Numbered from the stretch's first letter, positions 1 to 12,100 are shown. The stretch is DNA of 64,000 nucleotides from an uncultured Pseudomonadota bacterium (GCA_963749075.1 CAVVLJ010000016.1:576001-640000), one strand, 5' to 3'. The notes: a model not told the origin generated them from the letters alone. A program made the numbers and translations.

Positions 1-568
1 GATGATCGAGGGGGTCGAGCGGCGATTCCGTGGTCGCGATCACCTCGATGTTGAAGCGCTCGTAGAGCGCGCGCGGGCGGCATTCGGGCCGTGCCAGGCG
101 CTCCGCGACCGCGTCGTAGACCGCATCGGCGGTCTCGCCCGAGAGCGCCACCTCGACGTCGAGCACCTCCGCGAGGGCGTGCTCGAACCACAGCCGCGAG
201 GGGGTGGCGCGGAAGAGATGATAGTTCTCGGCGAAGAGCCGCCAGATCTTGCGCGGGTCCGCCTCGACGACGCTGCCGTCTTGCGCCGGCACGCCGAGGC
301 GCTCGAGTGCGATGCCCTGGCTGTGCAGCATGCGGAAGATATAATGGTCCGGCACGATGAAGAGCGTCGCCGGATCGGGGAACGGCTCGTTCTCGGCGAA
401 CCAGCGCGGATCGGTATGCCCATGCGGGCTCACGATCGGCAGGTCCTTGACCTCGCCGTAAAGCCGCCGTGCTATGGCGCGCACCGCGGGCTCGGGCGGA
501 AAGAGCCGGTCCGGATGAAGCTGCAAGCCTGCCGCCGCAGCTGCGGCGCAACCCGATCGTGCCGTCAC
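1..568 (-). CDS. uxaC: Glucuronate (uronate) isomerase, runs off the left edge
   Basis: Not in the ORF track. Manual translation from GTG at 568 (GGAGGAGG RBS) gives ...LPIVSPHGHTDPRWFAENEPFPDPATLFIVPDHYIFRMLHSQG...RPRALYERFNIEVIATTESPLD, typical of UxaC. Confidence 0.9.
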   Translation of the reverse strand, partial: MTARSGCAAAAAAGLQLHPDRLFPPEPAVRAIARRLYGEVKDLPIVSPHGHTDPRWFAENEPFPDPATLFIVPDHYIFRMLHSQGIALERLGVPAQDGSVVEADPRKIWRLFAENYHLFRATPSRLWFEHALAEVLDVEVALSGETADAVYDAVAERLARPECRPRALYERFNIEVIATTESPLDPLDH

Positions 569-694
569 GCCTCCTCCCAAACGCTTCTTGTTGATTGGTC
601 AAGTGGTAAGGCCAGTACCTATCAGCAGATGCTGCGGCTGTCAAATGACGGCGGCATGGCCAAGGAGCCCCATCGCCGTGAGCCGGAGGGCATC

Positions 695-769
695 TGCGCA
701 ATTTGTGGGCAGATTCCCGGCCTTTGCCCAAATCGAAAGCTCGCGGATCTGGTGCCGGAAAATTAAGCA
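695..769 (+). promoter_or_regulatory. Putative NtrC-type enhancer boxes (TGC-N11-GCA)
   Basis: TGCGCAATTTGTGGGCA (695-711) and TGCCGGAAAATTAAGCA (753-769), plus a weaker site at 725-741, upstream of a sigma54 promoter for urea uptake genes. Confidence 0.6.
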
Positions 770-838
770 GCTTCCGATTGTTTCGGATTCTTGAACGTCG
801 GGAAAGATTTAGCGGCACGGCACGAGGCAAGCCGCGCT

Positions 839-853
839 TGGCACGAGCTTTGC
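839..853 (+). promoter_or_regulatory. Sigma54 -24/-12 promoter of urtA
   Basis: TGGCAC-GAGCT-TTGC is an exact match to TGGCAC-N5-TTGC. Confidence 0.85.
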
Positions 854-899
854 GGTTCATGCTGCGATGCGCAAAACACCAATTGCCAAGGAGGCGTTC

Positions 900-2210
900 A
901 TGCCCAGGCTTACCAGGGGACTATTGGCGCTGACGGCGGCGGGCACGCTTGCCGCCGGGGCGCTCTGCGGAGGTGCGGCCCGCGCCGCCGACGACACCAT
1001 AAAGATCGGCGTGCTGCATTCTTTGTCCGGCACCATGGCGATCAGCGAGTCGACGCTCAAGGACACCGTGCTCATGATGGTCGACAACCTCAACAAGTCG
1101 GGCGGCCTGCTCGGCAAGAAGGTCGAGGCCGTGGTGGTCGATCCCGCGTCGAACTGGCCGCTCTTCGCCGAGAAGGCGCGCGAGCTCCTGCAGAAGGACA
1201 AGGTCGCGGTCGTCTTCGGCTGCTGGACCTCGGTCTCGCGCAAGTCGGTGCTGCCGGTGTTCGAGGAGCTCAACGGCCTGCTCTTCTATCCCGTGCAGTA
1301 CGAGGGCGAGGAGAGCTCGAACAACGTGTTCTACACCGGCGCGGCGCCGAACCAGCAGGCGATTCCCGCGGTCGAGTACCTCATGAGCAAGGAAGGGGGT
1401 GACGTGAAGCGCTGGGTGCTCGAGGGCACCGACTACGTCTATCCGCGCACCACCAACAAGATTCTCGAGGCCTTCCTCAAGGCCAAGGGTGTCGCACCCG
1501 CGGACATCAAGATCAACTACACGCCGTTCGGCTATTCCGACTGGCAGACCGAGGTCGCGGCGATCAAGCAGTTCGCCTCCGCCGGCAAGAAGACCGCCGT
1601 GGTCTCGACCATCAACGGCGACGCCAACGTGCCCTTCTACAAGGAGCTCGCCAACGAGGGCATCAAGGCAAGCGACATCCCCGTCGTCGCCTTCTCGGTC
1701 GGCGAGGAGGAGCTCGCCGGCATCGACACCAGGAACCTGGTGGGCCACCTCGCGGCGTGGAACTACTTCGAATCGGTGAAGAACCCGGTGAACGAGGCCT
1801 TCATCAAGGAGTGGCATGCCTACATCAAGAACGACAAGCGGGTCACCAACGATCCGATGGAGGCGACCTACATCGGCTTCAAGATGTGGACCCACGCCGT
1901 CCGCCAGGCCGGCACCACCGACGTGGATGCGGTGCGCCAGGCCATGTACGGCCAGAAGGTGCAGGCGCCAAGCGGCTTCGTCGCGGTGATGAACACCAAT
2001 CATCACCTCTCCAAGCCGGTGATGATCGGAGAGATCCAGGCCAACGGCCAGTTCGACGTCGTCTGGCAGACCAAGAAGGTGATCAAGGCCGATGCCTGGA
2101 GCCCCTATCTGGCGGAGGACAAGGGCAAGATCGCCGACTGGACCTATCCGTGGGTCTGCGGCAACTGCACGTCGCCCAAGTACAAGGACGGGGTCGTCAC
2201 CACCAACTGA
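900..2210 (+). CDS. urtA: Urea ABC transporter substrate-binding protein
   Basis: Signal peptide; IKIGVLHSLSGTMAISE, FGCWTSVSRKSVLP and YPVQYEG motifs; AAGGAGG RBS before ATG 900. Confidence 0.95.
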   Translation: MPRLTRGLLALTAAGTLAAGALCGGAARAADDTIKIGVLHSLSGTMAISESTLKDTVLMMVDNLNKSGGLLGKKVEAVVVDPASNWPLFAEKARELLQKDKVAVVFGCWTSVSRKSVLPVFEELNGLLFYPVQYEGEESSNNVFYTGAAPNQQAIPAVEYLMSKEGGDVKRWVLEGTDYVYPRTTNKILEAFLKAKGVAPADIKINYTPFGYSDWQTEVAAIKQFASAGKKTAVVSTINGDANVPFYKELANEGIKASDIPVVAFSVGEEELAGIDTRNLVGHLAAWNYFESVKNPVNEAFIKEWHAYIKNDKRVTNDPMEATYIGFKMWTHAVRQAGTTDVDAVRQAMYGQKVQAPSGFVAVMNTNHHLSKPVMIGEIQANGQFDVVWQTKKVIKADAWSPYLAEDKGKIADWTYPWVCGNCTSPKYKDGVVTTN

Positions 2211-2375
2211 GGACCCTTGCCGACGCGCGGGCCCGTCCCGGTGGGGGGCGGGCGGGTCCATCCGGATGCAGGCTCTCGGAAGCGCGCTTCCCCCCACCAA
2301 TTTCGCACGGCCTCGCTTGAGGGCGACGAGAGAGATCAGGTCCGCAATTGCCTTCGTGTCCGGCGTGAGAGATCA

Positions 2376-4064
2376 GTGATCCGCCATCGTCCCTCCCGGT
2401 CCCGCCCCGCGCGCAGGCTGCGCCGCCCGGCGCTCGCGTTCCTCGTCCTCGTCCTTGTCGCGGGATTTTTCGCGGCGCTGGCGCCGCCGCCGGCGGCGGC
2501 GGCGGCGGCGGCGGCCGACGAGTTGGCCGGCCTCGTGGCCAAGCTCGGCTCCGACGACTTCTCGGACAAGGAGCAGGCGGTGGCGGCGCTGGGCGCGCTC
2601 GGCGATCCGCGCGCGGTCGCAGCGCTCCAGGCGCTCTCGCAAGGGTTGCTCGCGGTGGTCGAGGCCGACAAGCGCGTCGTCATCGCCGAACCCGAGGGCG
2701 ACCGCTTCAAGCTCAGCGATGCGGCGAGCGGTGCCGCGTTGGGCACGGCGTCGAGCGACGCGATCGATCGCGTGCTCGTCAACAACCGACTGCGCGGCCT
2801 CATCGATGCGGCACTCTCCGGGCTGCAGATTTTCAGCAGCGACCCGCAGAAGCGCCTCGCGGCCGCGCACGACGCCGGCAAGACGGCGACGCCGAAAATG
2901 GCGGCCATGCTCGAGAAGGCGCTCGCCGCCGAGACGGCGCCCGAGGTCAAGGCGGCGCTGGCGGCGAGCCTCAACCAGGTCATGATCCAGACCGGCACGC
3001 CCGCCGAGCGCATGGCGGCCATCGCGAAGATCGCGGACTCGCTCGATCCCGACGTGCGCAGCACGCTGCTCGAGATCGCCAATGCTCCCGGCACGTCGCC
3101 CGAGGTGAAGGCCGCCGCCACCAAGGCCGCCGCGGCGATCGAGCGCAAGCTCAAGTTCGTCGAGCTCGGCGGCAACCTGGTGCAGGGGATCAGCCTCGGT
3201 TCCGTCCTGCTGCTCGCCGCCATCGGGCTCGCCATCACCTTCGGCCTCATGGGCGTCATCAACATGGCCCATGGCGAGATGATCATGCTCGGTGCCTACA
3301 GCGCCTATGTGGTGCAGCAGGCCTTCCGCGCCTACCTGCCGCCTTCCGTCTTCGATTACTATCTCCTCGTCTCCGTGCCCGTCGCCTTCCTCGCCGCGGG
3401 TGCCGTCGGCGTGGCGCTCGAGCGCGGCGTCATCCGCTTCCTCTACGGCCGGCCGCTCGAGACCATGCTGGCGACCTGGGGCATCAGCCTCGTCCTGCAG
3501 CAGCTCGTGCGCTCGATCTTCGGCGCGCCCAACAAGGCGGTGTCGAACCCCTCCTGGATGACCGGCGGCTTCGAGCTCATCGGCGGCCTCACGGTGACCT
3601 GGAACCGCATCTACATCGTGATCTTCTGCTTCCTCATCCTGGCTCTTCTCTCGCTCATGCTGGGGCGCACCTCATACGGCCTCAACGTCCGCGCGGTGAC
3701 GCAGAACCGCGACATGGCCTCGGTCATGGGCATCCCCGTAGGCCGCGTCGACGCGCTCACCTTCGGCCTCGGCTCGGGCATCGCGGGCATGGCGGGCGTG
3801 GCGCTGAGCCAGATCGGCAACGTGAGCCCGAACCTCGGCTCCCTCTATATCGTCGACAGCTTCCTCGTCGTCGTGTTCGGCGGGGTGGGCAGCCTGATGG
3901 GCACCCTCGTCGGCGCCATGGGCCTCGGCATCGCCAACAAGTTCCTCGAGCCCTTCGCCGGCGCCATCCTCGGCAAGGTCATCATCCTCGTCGCCATCAT
4001 CCTCTTCATCCAAAAGCGGCCGCGCGGGCTCTTCGCGCTCAAGGGCCGCGCCGCGGAGAGCTGA
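2376..4064 (+). CDS. urtB: Urea ABC transporter permease with N-terminal HEAT-like periplasmic extension
   Basis: GLAITFGLMGVINMAHGEMIMLGAY and RPLETMLATWG motifs; start (GTG 2376) is uncertain. Confidence 0.9.
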   Translation: MIRHRPSRSRPARRLRRPALAFLVLVLVAGFFAALAPPPAAAAAAAADELAGLVAKLGSDDFSDKEQAVAALGALGDPRAVAALQALSQGLLAVVEADKRVVIAEPEGDRFKLSDAASGAALGTASSDAIDRVLVNNRLRGLIDAALSGLQIFSSDPQKRLAAAHDAGKTATPKMAAMLEKALAAETAPEVKAALAASLNQVMIQTGTPAERMAAIAKIADSLDPDVRSTLLEIANAPGTSPEVKAAATKAAAAIERKLKFVELGGNLVQGISLGSVLLLAAIGLAITFGLMGVINMAHGEMIMLGAYSAYVVQQAFRAYLPPSVFDYYLLVSVPVAFLAAGAVGVALERGVIRFLYGRPLETMLATWGISLVLQQLVRSIFGAPNKAVSNPSWMTGGFELIGGLTVTWNRIYIVIFCFLILALLSLMLGRTSYGLNVRAVTQNRDMASVMGIPVGRVDALTFGLGSGIAGMAGVALSQIGNVSPNLGSLYIVDSFLVVVFGGVGSLMGTLVGAMGLGIANKFLEPFAGAILGKVIILVAIILFIQKRPRGLFALKGRAAES

Positions 4065-4067
4065 GCC

Positions 4068-5210
4068 GTGGGCTACGCCTCGACCCGCTTCGTCTCGCTG
4101 CTCGACCGCCGCGGCTGGGCCGCCTTCCTCGGCCTCGGCTTCGTGCTCATCGTGATCATCCCGCTGCTCAATTCTTCGGTGCCCGCCGGCTCAGCGTTCC
4201 ACGTGGGCGACTACCTCGTCCCGCTCTTCGGCAAGTATCTCTGCTACGCCATCCTGGCCCTCGCCATGGACCTGGTGTGGGGCTACGCGGGCATCCTGAG
4301 CCTCGGCCACGGCGCCTTCTTCGCGCTCGGCGGCTATGCCTTCGGCATGTACCTGATGCGCTCGATCGGCACGCGCGGCGTCTACGCCAACCCGCTCCTG
4401 CCGGACTTCATGGTGTTCCTCAATTGGAAGGAGCTGCCCTGGTACTGGTACGGCTTCGACCATTTCTGGTTCGCGGTGGCCATGACCTTCGTGGTGCCGG
4501 GCCTCTTGGCACTCGCGCTCGGCTGGTTCGCCTTCCGTTCGCGCGTCACCGGCGTCTACCTCTCGATCATCACCCAGGCCATGACGTTTGCGCTTCAGCT
4601 CGCCTTCTTCCGCAACGACATGGGCTTCGGCGGCAACAACGGCCTCACCGACTTCAAGACGCTGCTCGGCTACGACGTGCACGAGCCCGCGACGCGCATC
4701 GGGCTCTACCTCGCGTCGGCCATTGCGCTCGGCATCACTTTCCTCCTCTCCCGCTTCATCGTGACCTCGAAGCTGGGCCGCGTGCTGCTCGCCATCCGCG
4801 ACGCCGAGCCGCGCGTGCGCTTCCTCGGCTACTCGGTGACCAACGCCAAGCTCTTCGTCTTCACCGTCTCGGCGATGATCTCCGGCCTCGCGGGTGCGCT
4901 CTACGTGCCGCAGGTCGGCATCATCAACCCCAGCGAGTTCGCGCCCGCGGGCTCGATCGAGATCGCCATCTGGGTCGCGGTCGGAGGCCGCGGCACGCTC
5001 GCGGGTGCCGCCCTCGGTGCCGTGGTGGTCAACCTCGCCAAGACCTATTTCACCGACGCGGCGCCCGAGATATGGCTTTTCTTCCTGGGTGCCCTTTTCA
5101 TCGTGGTGACGCTGTTCTTCCCGCGCGGCATCGCCGGCCTCGCCCGGCAGTGGCGCAGCTGGTGGGACGGGCGGCGCGTGCTCCTCGCCGCGCGCGGCGG
5201 CGATGACTGA
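4068..5210 (+). CDS. urtC: Urea ABC transporter permease
   Basis: DLVWGYAGILSLGHGAFFALGGY and GFGGNNGLTDF motifs; operon position. Confidence 0.93.
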   Translation: MGYASTRFVSLLDRRGWAAFLGLGFVLIVIIPLLNSSVPAGSAFHVGDYLVPLFGKYLCYAILALAMDLVWGYAGILSLGHGAFFALGGYAFGMYLMRSIGTRGVYANPLLPDFMVFLNWKELPWYWYGFDHFWFAVAMTFVVPGLLALALGWFAFRSRVTGVYLSIITQAMTFALQLAFFRNDMGFGGNNGLTDFKTLLGYDVHEPATRIGLYLASAIALGITFLLSRFIVTSKLGRVLLAIRDAEPRVRFLGYSVTNAKLFVFTVSAMISGLAGALYVPQVGIINPSEFAPAGSIEIAIWVAVGGRGTLAGAALGAVVVNLAKTYFTDAAPEIWLFFLGALFIVVTLFFPRGIAGLARQWRSWWDGRRVLLAARGGDD

Positions 5211-6015
5211 GGCGCTCGTTCTCATGCCATCCGAGGCCAGCGGAAGCGTTGCCCGTACGCTCGCCCCCAAGCCGGCGGCGGATACCCATCTCTATCTCGA
5301 CGGCGTCACCGTGAGCTTCGACGGCTTCAAGGCGCTCAACGAGCTCTCCCTCGTCATCAACAAGGGCGAGCTCAGGACCATCATCGGCCCCAACGGCGCC
5401 GGCAAGACGACCATGATGGACGTGGTCACCGGCAAGACGCGCCCCGACAAGGGCGAGGTGTTCTTCGGCGGAAACGTCGACTTGACCAAGCTCGACGAGA
5501 GCGCCATCGCCAATCTCGGCATCGGGCGCAAGTTCCAGAAGCCGACGGTGTTCGAGAACCTGACGGTGTTCGAGAACCTCGAGTTGGCGCTCAGGACCTC
5601 GCGCGGCGTCTGGCGCACGCTCGCCTACCGCATGACCGGCGGCCACCGCCGGCGCATCGAGGAGGCGCTCGTCACCATCGGCCTCACGGAACGGGTGGGG
5701 GCCATCGCCGGCACGCTCAGCCATGGCCAGAAGCAGTGGCTCGAGATCGGCATGCTGCTGATCCAGGACGCCCAGCTCCTGCTGCTCGACGAGCCCGTGG
5801 CGGGCATGACCGATCACGAGACCGAGACCACGGCCGAGCTCCTGCTCTCGATCGCGGGCGCCCGCACCATCGTGGTCGTCGAGCACGACATGGAGTTCGT
5901 GCGCCGCCTCGGCGCCCGCATCACCGTGCTGCACGAGGGCTCGGTGCTTGCCGAGGGCGCCGTCGAGCACGTGCAGAACGATCCCCGCGTCATCGAAGTC
6001 TATCTGGGGCGCTGA
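5203..6015 (+). CDS. urtD: Urea ABC transporter ATP-binding protein
   Basis: Walker A GPNGAGKT, GRKFQKP, LSHGQKQWLEIGM, LLLDEP. Confidence 0.93.
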   Translation: MTEALVLMPSEASGSVARTLAPKPAADTHLYLDGVTVSFDGFKALNELSLVINKGELRTIIGPNGAGKTTMMDVVTGKTRPDKGEVFFGGNVDLTKLDESAIANLGIGRKFQKPTVFENLTVFENLELALRTSRGVWRTLAYRMTGGHRRRIEEALVTIGLTERVGAIAGTLSHGQKQWLEIGMLLIQDAQLLLLDEPVAGMTDHETETTAELLLSIAGARTIVVVEHDMEFVRRLGARITVLHEGSVLAEGAVEHVQNDPRVIEVYLGR

Positions 6016-6018
6016 GCC

Positions 6019-6714
6019 ATGCTGTCCGTCGCCGGCGTCAACCTCTATTACGGTGCGAGCCACGCGCTGCGCGACGTGAGCATCGAGGCCGAGACGGGCA
6101 AGATCACCTGCCTTCTCGGCCGCAACGGCGTCGGCAAGACGAGCCTCTTGCGCGCCATCTTCGGCCTCAACGGAATCGCGAGCGGCACCATCAAATGGGA
6201 CGGGCGCGACCTCGGCCGGCTCAGACCTTACGAGCGCGCGCGGCTCGGCATGGCCCTCGTCCCCCAGGGCCGCGAGATCTTCCCGCGCCTCACCGTGCTC
6301 GAGAATCTGCGCACCGGCTTCGCGGCAATTCCGACGGCACTCCGCCGCATCCCCGATGAGATCTTCGAGCTCTTCCCCGTGCTCAAGGACATGAGCGCGC
6401 GGCGCGGCGGCGATCTCTCCGGCGGCCAGCAGCAGCAGCTCGCCATCGGCCGCGCCCTCGTCATGCGCCCGCGCCTGCTCATCCTCGACGAGCCGACCGA
6501 GGGCATCCAGCCCTCCATCATCAAGGACATCGAGCGCGTCATCCGCAGGCTCGGCGAGCGCGGCGACATGGCGATCCTCCTCGTCGAGCAGTATTTCGAG
6601 TTCGCCCGCCAGCTCGCGGACCGCTTTGCCGTCATGCAGCGCGGCGAGGTCGTGCTCGCCGGCAACGCCGGGGATATGGTGGAAGCCGAGGTCCGGCGCT
6701 TTCTTACCGTGTAG
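6019..6714 (+). CDS. urtE: Urea ABC transporter ATP-binding protein
   Basis: GRNGVGKT, LSGGQQQQLAIGRAL, LDEPTEGIQP. Confidence 0.93.
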   Translation: MLSVAGVNLYYGASHALRDVSIEAETGKITCLLGRNGVGKTSLLRAIFGLNGIASGTIKWDGRDLGRLRPYERARLGMALVPQGREIFPRLTVLENLRTGFAAIPTALRRIPDEIFELFPVLKDMSARRGGDLSGGQQQQLAIGRALVMRPRLLILDEPTEGIQPSIIKDIERVIRRLGERGDMAILLVEQYFEFARQLADRFAVMQRGEVVLAGNAGDMVEAEVRRFLTV

Positions 6715-6739
6715 TGCCCGCCATCGTTGAAGCGCGCGT

Positions 6740-6839
6740 CACCCCCTCCCTACCCTCCCCCTCAAGGGGGGAGGGGAAATGTCGGAGCTGCCGCCGAGAG
6801 CTCCCTCCCCCCTTGAGGGGAGGGTTGGGGTGGGGGGTG
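6740..6839. repeat. REP/RIME-like palindromic intergenic element
   Basis: CACCCCCTCCCTACCCTCCCCCTCAAGGGGGGAGGG...CCCTCCCCCCTTGAGGGGAGGGTTGGGGTGGGGGGTG forms a long inverted repeat; related copies occur elsewhere in the window. Confidence 0.75.
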
Positions 6840-6905
6840 TGCCGATTCCAAGCAGCTTGAGCGAATGGACCCGTGTGGTGTCGCGCGCGCCCGCCAATCG
6901 CCCTT

Positions 6906-6934
6906 TGGACAGCCGCGGCCGGAGGCGGCATACT
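6906..6934 (+). promoter_or_regulatory. Putative sigma70 promoter of ureD (leaderless transcript)
   Basis: TGGACA-17 bp-CATACT; the predicted +1 falls on the GTG at 6941. Confidence 0.45.
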
Positions 6935-6940
6935 GCGGCC

Positions 6941-7816
6941 GTGCGCGACCAGGTTCAACTCGTCCCGGTAGCGGCGCCGACCGAGCGCCGGCTCGAGCGC
7001 TGCAATGGTGCCGCGGAGCTCAGCTTCGCAGCCATGGCTGCGGGGGCGAAATCCTATGTCCGGCATCTCTATCAGCGCACCCCGTGCCGCGCGCTCTTCC
7101 CGCGCGGCGAGAAGGACGATCTCCTGACGGCCGTGCTGCTCACGACATCGGGCGGCCTTACCGGCGGCGACGAAGTATCGCTCGCGGTCGAGGCGCTGGC
7201 CGCTGCCCGCGCCACGGTCACCACCCAGGCCGCCGAGAAGATCTACCGCGCCCTCGAGGGCGAGGTGCGCATCGATGTCAGGCTTGCGGCCGGCGCCAGC
7301 ACCTGGCTCGAATGGCTGCCGCAGGAGACGATCCTCTTCGACGGCGCCCGGCTCGCCCGCCGCATCGAGCTCACGGTGGCGCCGGGCGGCCGCCTGCTCG
7401 CCGGCGAGATGCTCGTCTTCGGCCGCACGGCGCGCGGCGAGCGCTTCCGGCGCGGCCGGCTCCACGACGGCTGGCGCGTGCGCTACGGCGCGCGGCTCGC
7501 CTGGGCCGACGGGCTGCACCTTGGCGGCAATGTAGCCGAGCTCATCGACCATCCAGCCGGCTTCGACGGCGCGGTGGCGGCGGCCACCTTGGTCTATGCC
7601 GGTGACGACGCCGGGTCCTGGCTCGAGGCGGCGCGCGACGCCCTTGCTGAGGCCGGCACCCGCGCCGCGGCGACGGTGGTGAACGGCGTGCTGCTGGCAA
7701 GGATCATCGGCCGCGACGCCCAGACGGTGCGCGAGGATTTCCGCCACCTCGCGGTCTCGCTGCGCGCTGCGATCGCAGGCCTGCCGGCACGCATGCCGAG
7801 CGTGTGGGCGAGCTAG
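6941..7816 (+). CDS. ureD: Urease accessory protein UreD
   Basis: [20 protein letters not shown] and WLPQETILF motifs; the ORF-track start 6779 lies in a repeat, so GTG 6941 is preferred. Confidence 0.9.
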   Translation: MRDQVQLVPVAAPTERRLERCNGAAELSFAAMAAGAKSYVRHLYQRTPCRALFPRGEKDDLLTAVLLTTSGGLTGGDEVSLAVEALAAARATVTTQAAEKIYRALEGEVRIDVRLAAGASTWLEWLPQETILFDGARLARRIELTVAPGGRLLAGEMLVFGRTARGERFRRGRLHDGWRVRYGARLAWADGLHLGGNVAELIDHPAGFDGAVAAATLVYAGDDAGSWLEAARDALAEAGTRAAATVVNGVLLARIIGRDAQTVREDFRHLAVSLRAAIAGLPARMPSVWAS

Positions 7817-7841
7817 GCAAGAAACCTCGGGGGAGGGGACG

Positions 7842-8144
7842 GTGAATCTCACGCCACGGGAAAAGGACAAGCTCTTGATCGCGATGGCGGCGGTCATCGC
7901 ACGGCGGCGCCTTGAGCGCGGCGTCAAGCTCAATTATCCGGAGGCGGTGGCGCTCATCACCGACTTCGTCGTCGAGGGTGCGCGCGACGGGCGCGGCGTC
8001 GCCGAGCTGATGCGCGACGGCGCCGGGGTGGTCGCGCGCGGCCAGGTCATGGAGGGGGTGCCCGAGATGCTGCACGAGGTGCAGGTCGAGGCGACCTTCC
8101 CCGACGGCACCAAGCTCGTGACCGTGCACAACCCGATCCGCTGA
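7842..8144 (+). CDS. ureA: Urease gamma subunit
   Basis: [12 protein letters not shown]...[18 protein letters not shown]. Confidence 0.98.
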   Translation: MNLTPREKDKLLIAMAAVIARRRLERGVKLNYPEAVALITDFVVEGARDGRGVAELMRDGAGVVARGQVMEGVPEMLHEVQVEATFPDGTKLVTVHNPIR

Positions 8145-8155
8145 GGGAGGCCGCG

Positions 8156-8461
8156 ATGATTCCGGGAGAGTTGATCGCACGCGCGGGCGAGCTCGTGCTC
8201 AACGAGGGCCGCGAGACGCTCGCGCTCGAGGTGGCCAATACCGGCGACCGTCCGATCCAGGTCGGCAGCCACTATCATTTCTACGAGACGAACGCGGCGC
8301 TCGCCTTTCCGCGCGAAGCCGCGCGCGGCATGCGCCTCGATATTCCGGCCGGCACCGCGGTGCGCTTCGAGCCCGGGCAGACGCGCAAGGTGACGCTGGT
8401 GCCTTACGCGGGGGCGCGCACCGTCTACGGCTTTACCGGCAAAGTGAACGCCAAGCTCTGA
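8156..8461 (+). CDS. ureB: Urease beta subunit
   Basis: MIPGE...[15 protein letters not shown]...[14 protein letters not shown]. Confidence 0.98.
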   Translation: MIPGELIARAGELVLNEGRETLALEVANTGDRPIQVGSHYHFYETNAALAFPREAARGMRLDIPAGTAVRFEPGQTRKVTLVPYAGARTVYGFTGKVNAKL

Positions 8462-8471
8462 GGGGGGCTCC

Positions 8472-10177
<1,706 letters not shown>

Positions 10178-10184
<7 letters not shown>

Positions 10185-10228
10185 TGGAGCCGCCCTTCTG
10201 ATGGAGCCGCCCTTCTAATGGAAACCGT
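10178..10228 (+). repeat. 17-bp tandem repeat (two exact copies plus one diverged) across the ureC/ureE junction
   Basis: CTTCTGATGGAGCCGCC at 10178-10194 and 10195-10211, then CTTCTAATGGAAACCGT. Confidence 0.9.
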
Positions 10229-10679
10229 CAGCGAAATCCTGCCGGCGGGGCACTGGCCGGCGCTCGAGGAGCGCGACCGCGTGACGCTCACCTATGAGGC
10301 GCGCCATCGCCGCCGGCTGCGCATGCGCGGCGACGGCGGTCACGAGTTCCTCCTCGACCTGCCGCAGACGGTGCTGATGCGCGAGGGCGACGGGCTCAAG
10401 CTCGCGGGCGGCGGCTACGTGCGCGTGCGCGCGGCCGACGAGCCGCTCCTCGAGGTCACCGCCGCCTCGCCCGCCGAGCTGGCGCGGCTCGCCTGGCACC
10501 TCGGCAACCGTCATCTGCCGGCGGAGATCACGGCCGTGCGCGTCCTCATCTACCGCGACCACGTCATCGCCGACATGCTGAGCCGCCTCGGCGCCACGGT
10601 GCGCGAGATCACGGAGCCGTTCAATCCGGAGACCGGTGCCTATGGCGGAGACGGCCATCATCATCATGAGCATGCATAG
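10218..10679 (+). CDS. ureE: Urease accessory protein UreE
   Basis: LAWHLGNRHLP, PFNPETGAY, His-rich tail. Confidence 0.96.
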   Translation: METVSEILPAGHWPALEERDRVTLTYEARHRRRLRMRGDGGHEFLLDLPQTVLMREGDGLKLAGGGYVRVRAADEPLLEVTAASPAELARLAWHLGNRHLPAEITAVRVLIYRDHVIADMLSRLGATVREITEPFNPETGAYGGDGHHHHEHA

Positions 10680-10690
10680 CGTTGCCCAGT

Positions 10691-10740
10691 CCCTCACCCG
10701 GCCGTTTCGCGGCCACCCTCTCCCGCAAGCGGGAGAGGGA
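10691..10740. repeat. REP-like palindromic element
   Basis: CCCTCACCCGGCCG...CGGCCACCCTCTCCCGCAAGCGGGAGAGGG. Confidence 0.75.
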
Positions 10741-10754
10741 GAAGGCGGACCGCC

Positions 10755-11438
10755 ATGACCTCCCTCGACCAGGCCGCCCTCTATCGCCTGATGGCGTGGC
10801 TGTCGCCCGCCTATCCGACCGGCGCCTTCAGCTATAGCCACGGCATCGAATATGCGGTCGAGGCGGGGATGGTGACGGACCGCGCGAGCCTCGTCCGCTG
10901 GGTCGGCCATATCCTCGCCCAAGGTGCTGGCCGCGTCGACGCGCTCCTCTTCCGTGCCGCTTACGAGGCGGCGGACGATGCGGCGGCACTCGACGAGACC
11001 GCAGCCCTCGCGGCGGCCTTCCGCGGCAGCGCCGAGACGGCGCTCGAGAGCGCGCAGCAGGGTGCCGCCTTCCTCGCCACCACGCGGCGAGGCTGGCCGG
11101 ATGCGCGCCTCGATGGCTTTGCCGAGCGTTGCGGCGCTGCCGGCGTTGCGCTGCCGGTCGCCGTGGCGCTCGCCTGCGCCGGGCGCATCCCGCTCCGCTT
11201 GGCGCTCGCCGCCTATCTCCAGGCCATGGGCGCCAACCTCGTCTCGGCCGGCGTGCGGCTCATCCCGCTCGGCCAGAGCGACGGGCAGCAGGCGGTGGCG
11301 GCGCTCGAGCCCGTGGTGGCTGCCGCGGCCGCGGCGGCGCTCTCGGCACCGCCCGGCGAGATCGGCTCGGCGGCGGCGCTGGTCGATTGGACCTCCATGC
11401 GCCACGAAACCCAGTACACGAGGCTCTTCAGATCATGA
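10755..11438 (+). CDS. ureF: Urease accessory protein UreF
   Basis: [40 protein letters not shown]. Confidence 0.96.
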   Translation: MTSLDQAALYRLMAWLSPAYPTGAFSYSHGIEYAVEAGMVTDRASLVRWVGHILAQGAGRVDALLFRAAYEAADDAAALDETAALAAAFRGSAETALESAQQGAAFLATTRRGWPDARLDGFAERCGAAGVALPVAVALACAGRIPLRLALAAYLQAMGANLVSAGVRLIPLGQSDGQQAVAALEPVVAAAAAAALSAPPGEIGSAAALVDWTSMRHETQYTRLFRS

Positions 11439-12100
11439 CCGGCCAAGGTATGATCGGCTCGCCCCACGGACCCTTGCGCGTCGGCGTCGGCGGCCCGGTC
11501 GGCTCGGGCAAGACCGCCCTCGTCGACCGCCTGTGCAAGCACATGCGCGAGCGCTATCGCATCGCCGTCGTCACCAACGACATCTACACCAAGGAGGACG
11601 CGCAGTTCCTCACCAACTCGGGCGCCCTCGAGCCCGCGCGCATCCTGGGCGTGGAGACCGGCGGCTGCCCCCACACGGCGATCCGCGAGGACGCCTCGAT
11701 CAACCTCGCGGCGGTGGCCGAGATGCGCGCTCGCTTCCCCGGCCTCGATCTCGTCTTCATCGAATCGGGCGGCGACAACCTCGCCGCCACCTTCAGCCCC
11801 GAGCTCGCCGACTTGACGCTCTACGTCATCGACGTGGCGGCCGGCGACAAGATCCCGCGGAAGGGCGGCCCCGGCATCACGCGCTCGGACCTCCTCGTCA
11901 TCAACAAGATCGACTTGGCCCCCCTCGTCGGCGCCAGCCTCGAGGTGATGGAGCGCGACGCCAAGAGGATGCGCGGCAGCCGGCCCTTCATCTTCACCAA
12001 CCTCAAGGCCGGCCAGGGCGTCGCCGAGATCGCGGGTTTCATCATCGCGAAAGGCGGGCTTGCCGAGACGGGGGCGCCAGGTGAAGCGCTCAGGGCCTGA
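11435..12100 (+). CDS. ureG: Urease accessory GTPase UreG
   Basis: [26 protein letters not shown]; ATGA overlap with ureF. Confidence 0.97.
   Translation: MTGQGMIGSPHGPLRVGVGGPVGSGKTALVDRLCKHMRERYRIAVVTNDIYTKEDAQFLTNSGALEPARILGVETGGCPHTAIREDASINLAAVAEMRARFPGLDLVFIESGGDNLAATFSPELADLTLYVIDVAAGDKIPRKGGPGITRSDLLVINKIDLAPLVGASLEVMERDAKRMRGSRPFIFTNLKAGQGVAEIAGFIIAKGGLAETGAPGEALRA

Noticed and set aside
2-766. 254-aa plus-strand ORF
   Set aside because: Antisense shadow of uxaC, which is on the minus strand and missing from the ORF track because it runs off the edge.
2480-2517. GCG/CCG triplet run in urtB as a phase-variable tract
   Set aside because: In-frame Pro/Ala codons at the end of a signal peptide; length changes would not shift frame.
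2376-3150. HEAT-like N-terminal extension of UrtB as a novelty
   Set aside because: Long proteobacterial UrtB proteins commonly have this extension.
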